Assembly: GCA_965204345.1 (NCBI GenBank)
Contig: OZ241981.1
Location: 512,001-576,000, forward strand
DNA from: Nitrosopumilus sp.
GTDB taxonomy: Archaea; Thermoproteota; Nitrososphaeria; Nitrososphaerales; Nitrosopumilaceae
Direction: 5' to 3'
Length of the DNA: 64,000 bases
Part shown: in pieces, positions 20,023 to 29,527 of the stretch
Position numbering within the stretch: position 1 is the first letter of the stretch
Layout of the letters: each line of letters begins with the position of its first letter
The notes under the pieces: model-generated
Databases searched by the model: none
The model's input: only the letters and a program-made list of their open reading frames with translations
What the model was told of the DNA's origin: nothing
Made by a program: the position numbers and the translations under genes

Positions 20023-21024
20023 ATGATGGCAGCAGATGCAGGTTCCGCAGTTCTTCAAACAAAAGACGACGGGCCTGAGATTCCCGACAAAAGTAAGACA
20101 AAATATGACGTCATCATCATAGGTGCAGGTCCCGCAGGATATACCGCAGGAATATACTGCTCTAGGGCAGGTTATGATACCCTGATTTTGTCAGGAATTT
20201 TGCCAGGAGGGCAGCTAGTAAACACAACAGAGGTTGAAAACTATCCGGGATTTGAAAATGGCATAATGGGCCCAGACCTAATGATAGACATGAGAAAGCA
20301 GTCACAAAGAATGGGAACTACCATTATCGATGACGTGGCAGTAGATGTGGATTTTAGACGGAGGCCGTTTAAGGTACTAACAGCGTCAGAGGAATACGAA
20401 GGACGTGCAGTTATCATTGCAACAGGTGCAAATCCAAGAAAGCTAGGCGTTGAGGGAGAAGAGATATTTAGTGGCAAGGGGGTATCGTATTGTGCAACAT
20501 GTGATGGGCCATTCTTTAGAAATCAGGAGATAGTTGTTGTGGGCGGCGGAGACTCTGCAATAGAAGAGGCAACATTTCTTACAAAATTTGCAACTAATGT
20601 TCATCTAGTACACAGGCGGGAAGAATTACGTGCAAGCAAAATAATGCAAGAGCGAGCGCTAGGCAATGAGAAAATTAAATTTCACTGGAATTCAGTTGTA
20701 ACTCAGATCAAAGGGGACCAAAAAATACAGCAGGCGATGCTAAAAAATGTAAAAACAAACGAGGAAACGGCCCTTGATGCGGGAGGCCTGTTTGTGGCAA
20801 TAGGACACAACCCAAATACAAAACTGTTTGAGGGACAGATTGACTTAGACGATGAGGGATACATAGTACTAAAAAACAAAACATGCACCAACATGGAGGG
20901 AATCTTTGCGGCAGGTGATGTGCATGATAGGAGCTATAGACAGGCAGTTACGGCAGCGGCATTTGGATGCATGGCAGCAATTGACGTTGACAAGTATCTG
21001 ACTGAGGGCGCAGATGCACAGTAA
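20023..21024 (+). CDS. trxB: Thioredoxin-disulfide reductase
   Basis: GAGPAG, VENYPGF, GVSYCATCDG, GGGDSA, FAAGDV. Confidence 0.96.
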   Translation: MMAADAGSAVLQTKDDGPEIPDKSKTKYDVIIIGAGPAGYTAGIYCSRAGYDTLILSGILPGGQLVNTTEVENYPGFENGIMGPDLMIDMRKQSQRMGTTIIDDVAVDVDFRRRPFKVLTASEEYEGRAVIIATGANPRKLGVEGEEIFSGKGVSYCATCDGPFFRNQEIVVVGGGDSAIEEATFLTKFATNVHLVHRREELRASKIMQERALGNEKIKFHWNSVVTQIKGDQKIQQAMLKNVKTNEETALDAGGLFVAIGHNPNTKLFEGQIDLDDEGYIVLKNKTCTNMEGIFAAGDVHDRSYRQAVTAAAFGCMAAIDVDKYLTEGADAQ

Positions 21025-21239
21025 TGAAGGATGCCCAATGCAAAAAATGTCTGAATAAATTTTATGAAAAAGAAATTTACACCATACAGCAGTTCCAATA
21101 CAGAAAGGAACCAGATTACGAGTGGTCTGTCAAATTTTTTGGGGGATTAAAAATAACAGAGTGGGATTCGTTTTGTGAGGGATGCATCACCATACATGCA
21201 GACGAATCAAAAAAAGCATGGGAGCAAGGCAGGGATTAA
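21024..21239 (+). CDS. Small Zn-binding hypothetical protein
   Basis: CKKC...CEGC; TAATG coupling to trxB. Confidence 0.7.
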   Translation: MKDAQCKKCLNKFYEKEIYTIQQFQYRKEPDYEWSVKFFGGLKITEWDSFCEGCITIHADESKKAWEQGRD

Positions 21240-21271
21240 ACTCTTTATTGCATATTGACAAGTCAGATAGC

Positions 21272-21736
21272 ATGAGTGAGAAATCCAAAGAGTCTGTAAA
21301 AAAACACAGCGACAAACTGGCAAAATTAGGCATGGAGATAAGAGGGATTCAGTTCAGCTATAAAGTGGAGGAAAAAACAGACAAAGAATATTGGGAGAGG
21401 AGAATAGATGATTTTCAAAAATACAACAAAAAAAGTTTAGAGTATTACAATCAGGTACATGCAATGATTAGTGCCGTAAACAGGGAAGAATCCCAGATGT
21501 TTCTCATCAGAATCAGCAAATTTCATCAGCTAAGTATCGCGTTGACTGGTACGATGAGAAAAATAAAAGAAAACCCGTCAATAATAAATTCAAGGGACAA
21601 ACAGCAGAGTCTGTGGAGCAAAGAGATCAAAGACCAGCTTACCACTCAAAGCAACGAATGCCTACGACACGAGATGGATATGAATGCAAAATTCAGGGAA
21701 TTGTATGACAAAGAACTGAAAAAATTGTTGGAATAA
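21272..21736 (+). CDS. Hypothetical helical protein
   Basis: ORF open from MSEKSKESVKK; helical composition. Confidence 0.7.
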   Translation: MSEKSKESVKKHSDKLAKLGMEIRGIQFSYKVEEKTDKEYWERRIDDFQKYNKKSLEYYNQVHAMISAVNREESQMFLIRISKFHQLSIALTGTMRKIKENPSIINSRDKQQSLWSKEIKDQLTTQSNECLRHEMDMNAKFRELYDKELKKLLE

Positions 21737-21748
21737 TAATAAGAATAA

Positions 21749-22765
21749 TCAGTATGCCAATTCAGACATGTGTTTTGCATCCTTGAGTGCTACGTCAAAC
21801 TCTTCTTTGCTCATAACGTTTTGAGTGGAATAAATACTCTTGAATTTTCTGCCATCATCTGCAAAAATTCCGACAGCACAGGCGTTATCTTGTTTAATGG
21901 AATATTTTTTCATGCACGCATATACTGCAGCCGATGAGGGACTGATTAACAGTCTATCCTTTGCAAACACTTCCTTTACAACAGAAAATGCCTCATCATT
22001 ATCAACAGACACCCAATCATCGACGATGCCTTCCCTTTTTAGAAACAGATCAGGCTTGGCAGACTCTTCAAAGTTTCTCCAGCCCTGAATCAGATGGTTT
22101 TGTTGGGGTTGGCAGCCAATTATTTTTACATCAGGATTCCTTTCTTTAAGAAAAGTGCCAATCCCGGTAATGGTCCCGCCGGTACCAACACCTGTAAAAA
22201 AATGAGTTATCCTGCCTTTGGTTTGTCTCCAAAGTTCGGGCCCCGTTCCAACGTAATGTCCCTTAAAATTGGCCTCGTTTGCATATTGGTTGGGGGAATA
22301 GTAAGTGTCAGGTCTTGATGATGCAATGGATGTTGCAAGTGCAATGCTTTGATCAGTTCCAACCCCGACTTTGGGGCACAGGTCATCACTTGTCTCAAAG
22401 ACCTTGGCACCAAGGTTTCGAATGATATCCTTGGTCTCATTGCTTGCTTTTTCAGGAATCACTATCTCAACTTTGTAACCTAGAACGTTTGCAATTCCAG
22501 TCAGTGCAATTCCAGTGTTGCCTGAAGTTGGCTCTATGATTATGCTTTTTCCCTTGGTCAGAACTCCTTTTTCTTCACCATCCTTTATCATCCAGTATGC
22601 GGCCCTGTCCTTTACAGAACCAAACGGGTTATGACCCTCAAGTTTTGCAAAGTACTGGGTCGTGTCATTTGAAAGCGAATCTAATGGTACAAGCGGCGTG
22701 TTGCCCACACGATTCAGCACGTCTGTATCGCTAACAGCAGCAGCAGTAGTAGTAGTAGTAGTCAT
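21749..22765 (-). CDS. PLP-dependent cysteine synthase family protein (CysK/CysM)
   Basis: GNTPLV, KLEGHNPFGSVKDR, EPTSGNTG, GVGTGGT. Confidence 0.92.
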   Translation of the reverse strand: MTTTTTTAAAVSDTDVLNRVGNTPLVPLDSLSNDTTQYFAKLEGHNPFGSVKDRAAYWMIKDGEEKGVLTKGKSIIIEPTSGNTGIALTGIANVLGYKVEIVIPEKASNETKDIIRNLGAKVFETSDDLCPKVGVGTDQSIALATSIASSRPDTYYSPNQYANEANFKGHYVGTGPELWRQTKGRITHFFTGVGTGGTITGIGTFLKERNPDVKIIGCQPQQNHLIQGWRNFEESAKPDLFLKREGIVDDWVSVDNDEAFSVVKEVFAKDRLLISPSSAAVYACMKKYSIKQDNACAVGIFADDGRKFKSIYSTQNVMSKEEFDVALKDAKHMSELAY

Positions 22766-22769
22766 GTGG

Positions 22770-23006
22770 TTACTTCACCTTTTTGATTTGAAATGTGATG
22801 GTATCCCCATCTTTTGATAAATCTAATAACTCGTGTCCGTTTCTTGTAACCCATCTGGAGATATCCTCTTCTGCGGCAGGATCATCAGCTGATACTGTCA
22901 GAGTTTCTCCAACCTGCATTCTTTCAATCTCAATTTTTGTTCTAAATACGGGCTCGGGACAAAACAATCCGGTAGCGTCGATTTTTTTTTCAGAGGATTC
23001 AGACAT
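22770..23006 (-). CDS. tusA: TusA/SirA-family sulfur carrier
   Basis: IDATGLFCPEP...DDPAAEEDI. Confidence 0.9.
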   Translation of the reverse strand: MSESSEKKIDATGLFCPEPVFRTKIEIERMQVGETLTVSADDPAAEEDISRWVTRNGHELLDLSKDGDTITFQIKKVK

Positions 23007-23057
23007 GCTAACTAATCTACAAACAATGAATTGTCATATTAAAAGCTATTTTAAAAA

Positions 23058-23783
23058 TCACCTAAAGAGATCCTCATCCTCAGAACGAATAATCTCATCA
23101 ATACTGGAATTTTTAGATTCAAAAGAGTATCCACGAATGACAGCAATGGGACATTTCAGGGACTTGCCCATCACCAATTCAGAAGCTCCAGATAATTCAT
23201 CGGCAATTGCAATGGCAGTTACACGCAAAACATTCTCAAAAGAATCCAGGGTTCCAGCATAATCTAAAATGGGACTCAGACCAGAGACGCCAATGGCGTG
23301 ATTAGTCTGTCCCATTCTAAAGGGGCGTCCAAACGTATCAGAAATTATTACGGCAACAGATACTCCGGACTGCTCCAAAATTCCATCTCTAATCTTTGCA
23401 GCAGAAGCATCAGAATTCAAAGGCAGTAAGGTCGCATAGCCGTCTGCAACATTACTCTCATCAATGCCAGCATTGGCACAGATAAATCCATGTGCAGTCT
23501 CGACAATAATAACTCCCTTATTCATACGAACAATACGCTTTGATTCAGACAGAATTAATTCAACAAGCCTAGAATCCTTTTGATATTGTGATGCAATGCC
23601 TTGGGCCAGCAATGAGGGGGTTACATCAGACAGTCTTACCAGACGTCCCTCTTGCTTTGAGATAATCTTTTGTGCAATTACCAGTATATCGCCATCGCAT
23701 AGTTTCTCAGAATTTAGAACAAGCGAGGAGACATCATCAGAGGATGCAATCTCCTGTGGAATATGAATTGGAATGATTTGCAA
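23058..23783 (-). CDS. cofE: Coenzyme F420-0:L-glutamate ligase
   Basis: KIISKQEG, CANAGIDESN, ISDTFGRPFRMG. Confidence 0.93.
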   Translation of the reverse strand: MQIIPIHIPQEIASSDDVSSLVLNSEKLCDGDILVIAQKIISKQEGRLVRLSDVTPSLLAQGIASQYQKDSRLVELILSESKRIVRMNKGVIIVETAHGFICANAGIDESNVADGYATLLPLNSDASAAKIRDGILEQSGVSVAVIISDTFGRPFRMGQTNHAIGVSGLSPILDYAGTLDSFENVLRVTAIAIADELSGASELVMGKSLKCPIAVIRGYSFESKNSSIDEIIRSEDEDLFR

Positions 23784-23817
23784 GTGAAATATCTAATATC
23801 ATCAACTAAAAAATTGT

Positions 23818-24468
23818 TTATGCCAAGGGCACGGACTCTAATTCTAGTTTATAGTGCTTGTTGATAATGTCTAGAATTTTAGAAAGATCTTTTTCTTCCA
23901 GGGTTGTAGTTGCCAGGTCCTTAACTATATCTTGAGCACGATATGCGATTCCCAACCCACATATGTCAAATAACTTTACATCATTTGCGCCATCTACAAC
24001 ACATACAATATCTTCTTTTTTCTCACCCCATTCTTGAATTTTAATTCGGGCAGACTTTGATTTGTCAGAATCCACGTTAATTTTAACGCCGTCTAATTTT
24101 CCATCTTTGAATATCAGTTCATTAGAATAAACATAATCCAAATCCAACTCCTTTTGCAACCTATGCATCATCAAGGTAAATCCGCCAGATACTGCCATTA
24201 GTTTCCACCCGGCAGCCTTTAATGCCCTGCAGGCCTCTTTTGCGCCAGTCATGATTGGCAGGCCATCAGATATCTCCTGGCATGTTTTCTCATCTAATCC
24301 CTTTAGGGCAGCAACTCTAGTACGAAGTCCCTCTTCCCAGTTAATTTTACCCTGAATTCCCTGCTTTGTAATTTCCCAAATTTCATCCTCTTTGTTGAGT
24401 TTTTCTGCAAGGATTGGAAGATATTCCTCATCATACAGGACTCCTTCAACATCAAAAATTACTAGCAA
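23818..24468 (-). CDS. serB: Phosphoserine phosphatase (HAD)
   Basis: FDVEGVL, VSGGF, DGANDV; probable TTG start at 24468. Confidence 0.85.
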   Translation of the reverse strand: MLVIFDVEGVLYDEEYLPILAEKLNKEDEIWEITKQGIQGKINWEEGLRTRVAALKGLDEKTCQEISDGLPIMTGAKEACRALKAAGWKLMAVSGGFTLMMHRLQKELDLDYVYSNELIFKDGKLDGVKINVDSDKSKSARIKIQEWGEKKEDIVCVVDGANDVKLFDICGLGIAYRAQDIVKDLATTTLEEKDLSKILDIINKHYKLELESVPLA

Positions 24469-24937
24469 TAGATTTCTGAATTGGAAAAAATCGCTAATTA
24501 TATTAAAGTTAAGGTAACGGTTTTGTCGCTGTTTAAACACTTTTGATGACTTGGATCGCATGCTGTAATGATTTTATTTTTAATAGATATTCAATGGCAT
24601 AAAGTAACTCCCAGTCTTGAGCGTTCCATCACCATACCGTTTGAAGATAATTTGAATTCATAAAGGAAATAAATTTTCTCCAGGAAGAATAATATTAAAA
24701 CCGTCAGGCCCGCAGATTAAAACTGTCTTTTCTAATTTAATTCAGCAATGTTTGTAGTCCATTAATTGAGGGATGATGCCTGAATTGACATCAAGGGCGA
24801 TAGCAAATGGAAAATTATCATGGAGAATGCCATCTTCTGACAGTTGACAGCAAGAGGATTTTCAGGCATCTACAGACAAGTTAACAGAGCCGAGGATCCA
24901 ACTAAATTATATAAATGATTAAAACGATTTTTGCAAC

Positions 24938-25078
24938 ATGGCATTAAGGGAAGTAAAACCATTAGATAAGAAACAATGGAAATTAGTAACTGCAAAATTG
25001 GAATCAGGTCCAACTAAAAAATCCGTTAACGCATTACAAAAGGCACTTAGTCTAGCCGCTCAAATCAAAGAAGCATAA
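24938..25078 (+). CDS. 46-aa putative antitoxin upstream of a GNAT toxin (absent from the ORF track)
   Basis: MALREVKPLDKKQWKLVTAKLESGPTKKSVNALQKALSLAAQIKEA; TATA-like TTATATAA about 25 bp upstream; resembles the C-terminal half of AtaR/DUF1778 antitoxins. Confidence 0.55.
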   Translation: MALREVKPLDKKQWKLVTAKLESGPTKKSVNALQKALSLAAQIKEA

Positions 25079-25086
25079 TTTTACCC

Positions 25087-25713
25087 TTGTCAAAAGTTCC
25101 AAAAACTATTAACTATTATCTCATGATGTTTTCAGTCCAGTTAGAAGACACTGCATCTATAGATCGGTCCTTTGAATGCAGCAATCCAAAATATACAGAA
25201 TATTATAGAATACATGCTTTTAATGACATGCAAACAGGAATTGGAAAAACATGGGTTCTAACATACAAGGACAAAGCCATTGGCTTTATTTCAATAGCAA
25301 TGGCTCATATTAGACAAGAAAGACATGAAGATTTGCAAGATAACGGATTTGGGAATATCCCTGCATTATTGATTGGGCATTTAGCAACACATCAAGATTA
25401 TGAAAACAGAGGTGTTGGGACTCGTCTTCTTGCATGGGCAATAAAAAAAGCTACAGAATATTCAAAAACAATTGGGTGTAGTATTGTAATGTTAAGTCCA
25501 GAAAACAAAAAAAATAGAGGCTAATACAAAAAACGTGATTTTGTATATGTTCCACATGACAACAAGGAAAGGGATGCCTTCTTTTTTGGCATCAATCATA
25601 ATAAAAGAGATTCTGCAAAAAAGAGATCAGACAAAAAGAGATCAACAAGAAAAACTATAGCTAAAAAGGGATCAACAAGAAAAACTATAGCTAAAAAGAA
25701 ACCCTCACGTTAA
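25087..25713 (+). pseudogene. GNAT acetyltransferase (AtaT/TacT-like) with a nonsense codon at 25522-25524 and a basic C-terminal tail
   Basis: IPALLIGHLATHQDYENRGVG; TAA sits in the G-x-YKKRDF (FYxxxGF-like) motif and the frame continues to 25713. Confidence 0.75.
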
Positions 25714-25969
25714 TTAAAATGAAAAAATTTCTTGTATTTTTAAAAAACAAGCAAAAGACTATGGCGATTCTTTGATTGTTAAAGCAAAATTCCTCTTTGT
25801 GCACTGATTTCTGTTTCTGGCCTTCAAAAGAACAATTCAAATCTCAACTAGTCCGAGTTCAAACACTAATGCGGTTAACTCTAGAGAATCCACAATCTTT
25901 AGGTTATTTGACTTTACGTAAAGATTGCATTTAGAAAAAAATTAAAGAAGAGTTTGATATGATTTTAAA

Positions 25970-26263
25970 GAAGAAAAAATGGATTGTTACTTGCTTCCAG
26001 TTAATCCCAACTCCATCACTAGCACCATAAAATGATTTTAGAGCAAAAATGATGACTCAGATGATTAGTGCTTTTTCCTGGCATCCTTTAGAAATAAGAT
26101 ATAATCTCCAATTCTTTCTTTTATCTCTATATTTTCAGGATTTGGATCAAATGATTCAAGTTTATGATATTCTGCAATGGGCTAAATGGCATAGATATTG
26201 TTTTCTTGTTTTCGGACTTTGAATATATTGCTCAAGGATCACAATAGACCTTGGAGTTTTCAT
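25970..26263 (-). pseudogene. Remnant of the N-terminal domain of a thaumarchaeal tyrosine integrase
   Basis: Fragments MKTPRSIVILEQYIQSPKTRKQYL / IGDYILFLK / ALKSFY..DGVGINWKQ with frameshifts and stops. Confidence 0.45.
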
Positions 26264-26379
26264 AGCAGGTTATGAATCTAAAGTGTTTAAGCCCTTTTTT
26301 GGTTCTGTTAATTAAAGTTTAAACTTTTTTGAGATCAAAAAAACGCTAGTAATAAATCACCGAGTGAATTACACCAAGC

Positions 26380-26667
26380 ATGGCCGATGAATTAGAACAC
26401 AAGTTCGAGGTAGAAATTAAAGAAAGGGAAGGCAGGCAAAAGCTCCCGGACCCAGTCAAGGAGGAACTAAGAGCATCCGGAATGATGGATGAGAAAGGAA
26501 AGTTGAAACTAAAGGGAGTTAGTCCGAAAATGCTCAAAAGGATGAAGCAAGAGTTTGTAGAATGCCCAGTCTTAAAGGAGGATATCCACTTTATCCAGTG
26601 CTTTGTGTGTCCAAATTTTCAAAGCAGGGTAATGGGCAAAGTGCTTTGCAAGGGCGACAAGCTATAA
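26380..26667 (+). CDS. Conserved small Cys-rich hypothetical protein
   Basis: VECPV...CFVCPNF...LCKG. Confidence 0.75.
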   Translation: MADELEHKFEVEIKEREGRQKLPDPVKEELRASGMMDEKGKLKLKGVSPKMLKRMKQEFVECPVLKEDIHFIQCFVCPNFQSRVMGKVLCKGDKL

Positions 26668-26711
26668 CAAAATAAATTCTCACGAAAGGCTCATTAGTTA
26701 AGCTAATTCAA

Positions 26712-28163
26712 ATGATTCTGTTGAGCAAGGAGGACGTAGGAGTTACGGTTTCAAAAGACGATGATTTTAGTGAATGGTATACACAAGTAGTTCTCAAGGC
26801 CAAACTTGCAGATTATGCACCAGTCAAAGGCCTAATTGTACTAAGACCTGACGGATATTCAATCTGGGAATCATTGCAAAGTACATTTAACAAAAAATTT
26901 TCAAGAAACGGAATCAGAAACGGGTTTTTGCCAATACTAATCCCAGAGTCACTGCTAGGAAAAGAACAAAAGCATTTTGCAGGATTCAATCCAGAGGTAT
27001 TTTGGGTAACGCACTCAGGAACCAACGAGATAGGAGACAGGCTAGCATTAAGGCCAACATCAGAGACTCTGGCATACACATTGTATTCAAAATGGATTCA
27101 AAGCTGGAGGGATTTGCCACTAAAAATCAATTTTTGGAATACTGCCCTAAGGGCAGAAATTAAGGCAACAAAGCCATTTTTGAGAACGTCGGAATTTTTG
27201 TGGCAGGAAGGCCACACAGTACATGCCACACAAGAGGAGGCAGAAAAGGAAGTCATGAAAATTTTAGAGATTTACAAAAATACAGTGGAGGAAGAGCTTG
27301 CAATTCCAGTTGCAACAGGCAAAAAAAGCGAGAAGGAGAAATTTGTGGGCGCAGTGTACACTACAACCATGGAGTCAATAATGCCAGATGGCAAGGCGCT
27401 ACAGATGGGAACGTCTCATTTTCTTGGACAGAACTTTTCAAAGCCGTTTGAAGTAAAGTTTGCAGACAAGGACAACGTGGAACACCTTGCCTGGCAAACT
27501 TCATGGGGGGTATCCTGGAGACTGATTGGCGCAATGATAATGGCCCATGGGGATGATGCAGGCTTGGTCTTGCCGCCAAAAGTTGCACCAATTCAGGTGG
27601 TAATTGTGCCAATTTACAGAAATGATGAGGGAAAAGAAACGGTACTGCCAAAAGTAAATCAAGTCAAAAATGCATTGGAACTAAGGGAGATCAGGGTCCA
27701 CGTTGATCAGAGAGAGGGGTTATCACCAGGATACAAATTCAATGATTGGGAATTAAAGGGAGTTCCTTTACGAATCGAAATAGGTCCAAAAGACATTGAA
27801 AAGCAAAGTATCGTTGCTGCAAAAAGATACAACCAAGAAAAAATAAACCTGAGGTTTGCTGAAATTGAAAAAATACCCGCAATGCTAGATGAAATCCAGT
27901 CAGAGATGCTAAAAAAGGCAAAAGAGGAATCAGAGACAAACACAGTAAGCATTTCAGACTATACAGAGTTCAAGTCAAGGATTGAGAAGGGGGGATTCTT
28001 CAATTCCCCATGGTGTGGGAGGGCAGAATGTGAGGAGAAGATTAAAGAAGAAACAGGTGCAGAAATCAGAGTAATTCCATTTGGCAGTGAGAATACGGAC
28101 CAAAAATGCATCTACTGCAAGGAACAGAGTGTTTCAATTCCAATCTTTGCAAGAGGATACTAG
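26712..28163 (+). CDS. proS: Proline--tRNA ligase (archaeal/eukaryotic type)
   Basis: DFSEWY, LRPTSET, FLRTSEFLWQEGHT, QTSWGVS, C-terminal FARGY. Confidence 0.97.
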   Translation: MILLSKEDVGVTVSKDDDFSEWYTQVVLKAKLADYAPVKGLIVLRPDGYSIWESLQSTFNKKFSRNGIRNGFLPILIPESLLGKEQKHFAGFNPEVFWVTHSGTNEIGDRLALRPTSETLAYTLYSKWIQSWRDLPLKINFWNTALRAEIKATKPFLRTSEFLWQEGHTVHATQEEAEKEVMKILEIYKNTVEEELAIPVATGKKSEKEKFVGAVYTTTMESIMPDGKALQMGTSHFLGQNFSKPFEVKFADKDNVEHLAWQTSWGVSWRLIGAMIMAHGDDAGLVLPPKVAPIQVVIVPIYRNDEGKETVLPKVNQVKNALELREIRVHVDQREGLSPGYKFNDWELKGVPLRIEIGPKDIEKQSIVAAKRYNQEKINLRFAEIEKIPAMLDEIQSEMLKKAKEESETNTVSISDYTEFKSRIEKGGFFNSPWCGRAECEEKIKEETGAEIRVIPFGSENTDQKCIYCKEQSVSIPIFARGY

Positions 28164-28213
28164 GCAAAACAGACCCACAAACATAATAATGGAAAAAGGA
28201 TGATTTTTCAACA

Positions 28214-29527
28214 ATGACCTCAAACCCAGAACTAGAATCAGGCATACCGCTCTTAGAGCAGTTCAGAGAGACACGAAGTAGGACATTAGAACTAGTTACG
28301 ACTCTAGAAAAGGATGATTTTATAGTCCAAACTGCGTTTTTTACGAGTCCGCCAAAGTGGCACATAGGTCATGTAAGTTGGATTTATGAAACAATTATGA
28401 ATAAAATTGACAAAAACTATGAGTATTATTCTAAGGAATTCTCAGAATATCTCAATTCCTACTATCAGCAATTTGGGGTACCGCATGACAAGGGATTGCG
28501 CGGGGTGGTCTCAAGGCCAACCACAGATCAAGTCTTCCAATACTTTAACACAGTTAACCATAGTGTGGAGAAATTCATCAAAGAACAGACACTAGATGAG
28601 GAAAGTATCAGGTTGATTCAAACAGGCCTGCATCATGAATGCCAGCATCAAGAACTGCTAGTGTATGACTTGCAACACCTGCTTGCAGAACAATACAGGC
28701 CGGTAAGGAAAAACAAAACCAAACAGACGGCGCATCCCCCTAAAGGAGGATCAATCCACATCAAGGGCGGGATATACACCATGGGCAATCAGGGAAGGGA
28801 GTTCTGTTATGACATAGAACTGCCAGAACACAAAGTGTATCTAAATGACTACAAAATTGATGTGTTTCCTGTAACAAATCAGCAATTTTTGGAATTCATT
28901 GAGGATGGAGGATATGAGACATACAAGCACTGGCTATCAGACGGATGGGAGAGAGTTAAGGCAGACAGGTGGAAATCCCCAATGTACTGGGAAAAAATCA
29001 GTGAAAAGTGGCATGTAAGGGACTTTTTAGGAATTAGGGAGATCAATCCAGGTGAGCCGGTATGCCATGTTAGCTATTATGAAGCAGATGCATACTGCAA
29101 GTGGGCAGGCAAAAGACTGCCAACAGAAGCAGAATGGGAAAAGGCCGCATGCTGGAATGAGCAAAAACAGGAAAAAACCGCATTTCCATGGGGGAACCAA
29201 AAGCCAACATCAGAGAAATGTAATTTGCTTGAATCATATCACTGGGGATGCTCAGAAGTCGGGGCATACCCTAGCGGCACCAGTCATCTGGGCTGTCATC
29301 AGATGATCGGAGACGTTTGGGAATGGACATCATCAGAATTCACAGGATATCCAGGCTTCAAATCAGGCTTTGATGAGTATAACGACAAGTGGTTCACAAA
29401 TCAAAAGGTTTTGAGAGGAGGATCATTTGCAACTCCAAAAATGTCAATAAGAGGAAGCTATAGAAATTTCTTCAGATTAGATGAGCGCTGGTTGTTTTCA
29501 GGCTTTAGGTGTGCTGAGGACATCTAG
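28214..29527 (+). CDS. egtB: Ergothioneine sulfoxide synthase EgtB (DinB + FGE-sulfatase domains)
   Basis: SPPKWHIGH, HHECQHQELL, RLPTEAEWE, GDVWEWT, VLRGGS, FSGFRCA. Confidence 0.92.
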   Translation: MTSNPELESGIPLLEQFRETRSRTLELVTTLEKDDFIVQTAFFTSPPKWHIGHVSWIYETIMNKIDKNYEYYSKEFSEYLNSYYQQFGVPHDKGLRGVVSRPTTDQVFQYFNTVNHSVEKFIKEQTLDEESIRLIQTGLHHECQHQELLVYDLQHLLAEQYRPVRKNKTKQTAHPPKGGSIHIKGGIYTMGNQGREFCYDIELPEHKVYLNDYKIDVFPVTNQQFLEFIEDGGYETYKHWLSDGWERVKADRWKSPMYWEKISEKWHVRDFLGIREINPGEPVCHVSYYEADAYCKWAGKRLPTEAEWEKAACWNEQKQEKTAFPWGNQKPTSEKCNLLESYHWGCSEVGAYPSGTSHLGCHQMIGDVWEWTSSEFTGYPGFKSGFDEYNDKWFTNQKVLRGGSFATPKMSIRGSYRNFFRLDERWLFSGFRCAEDI

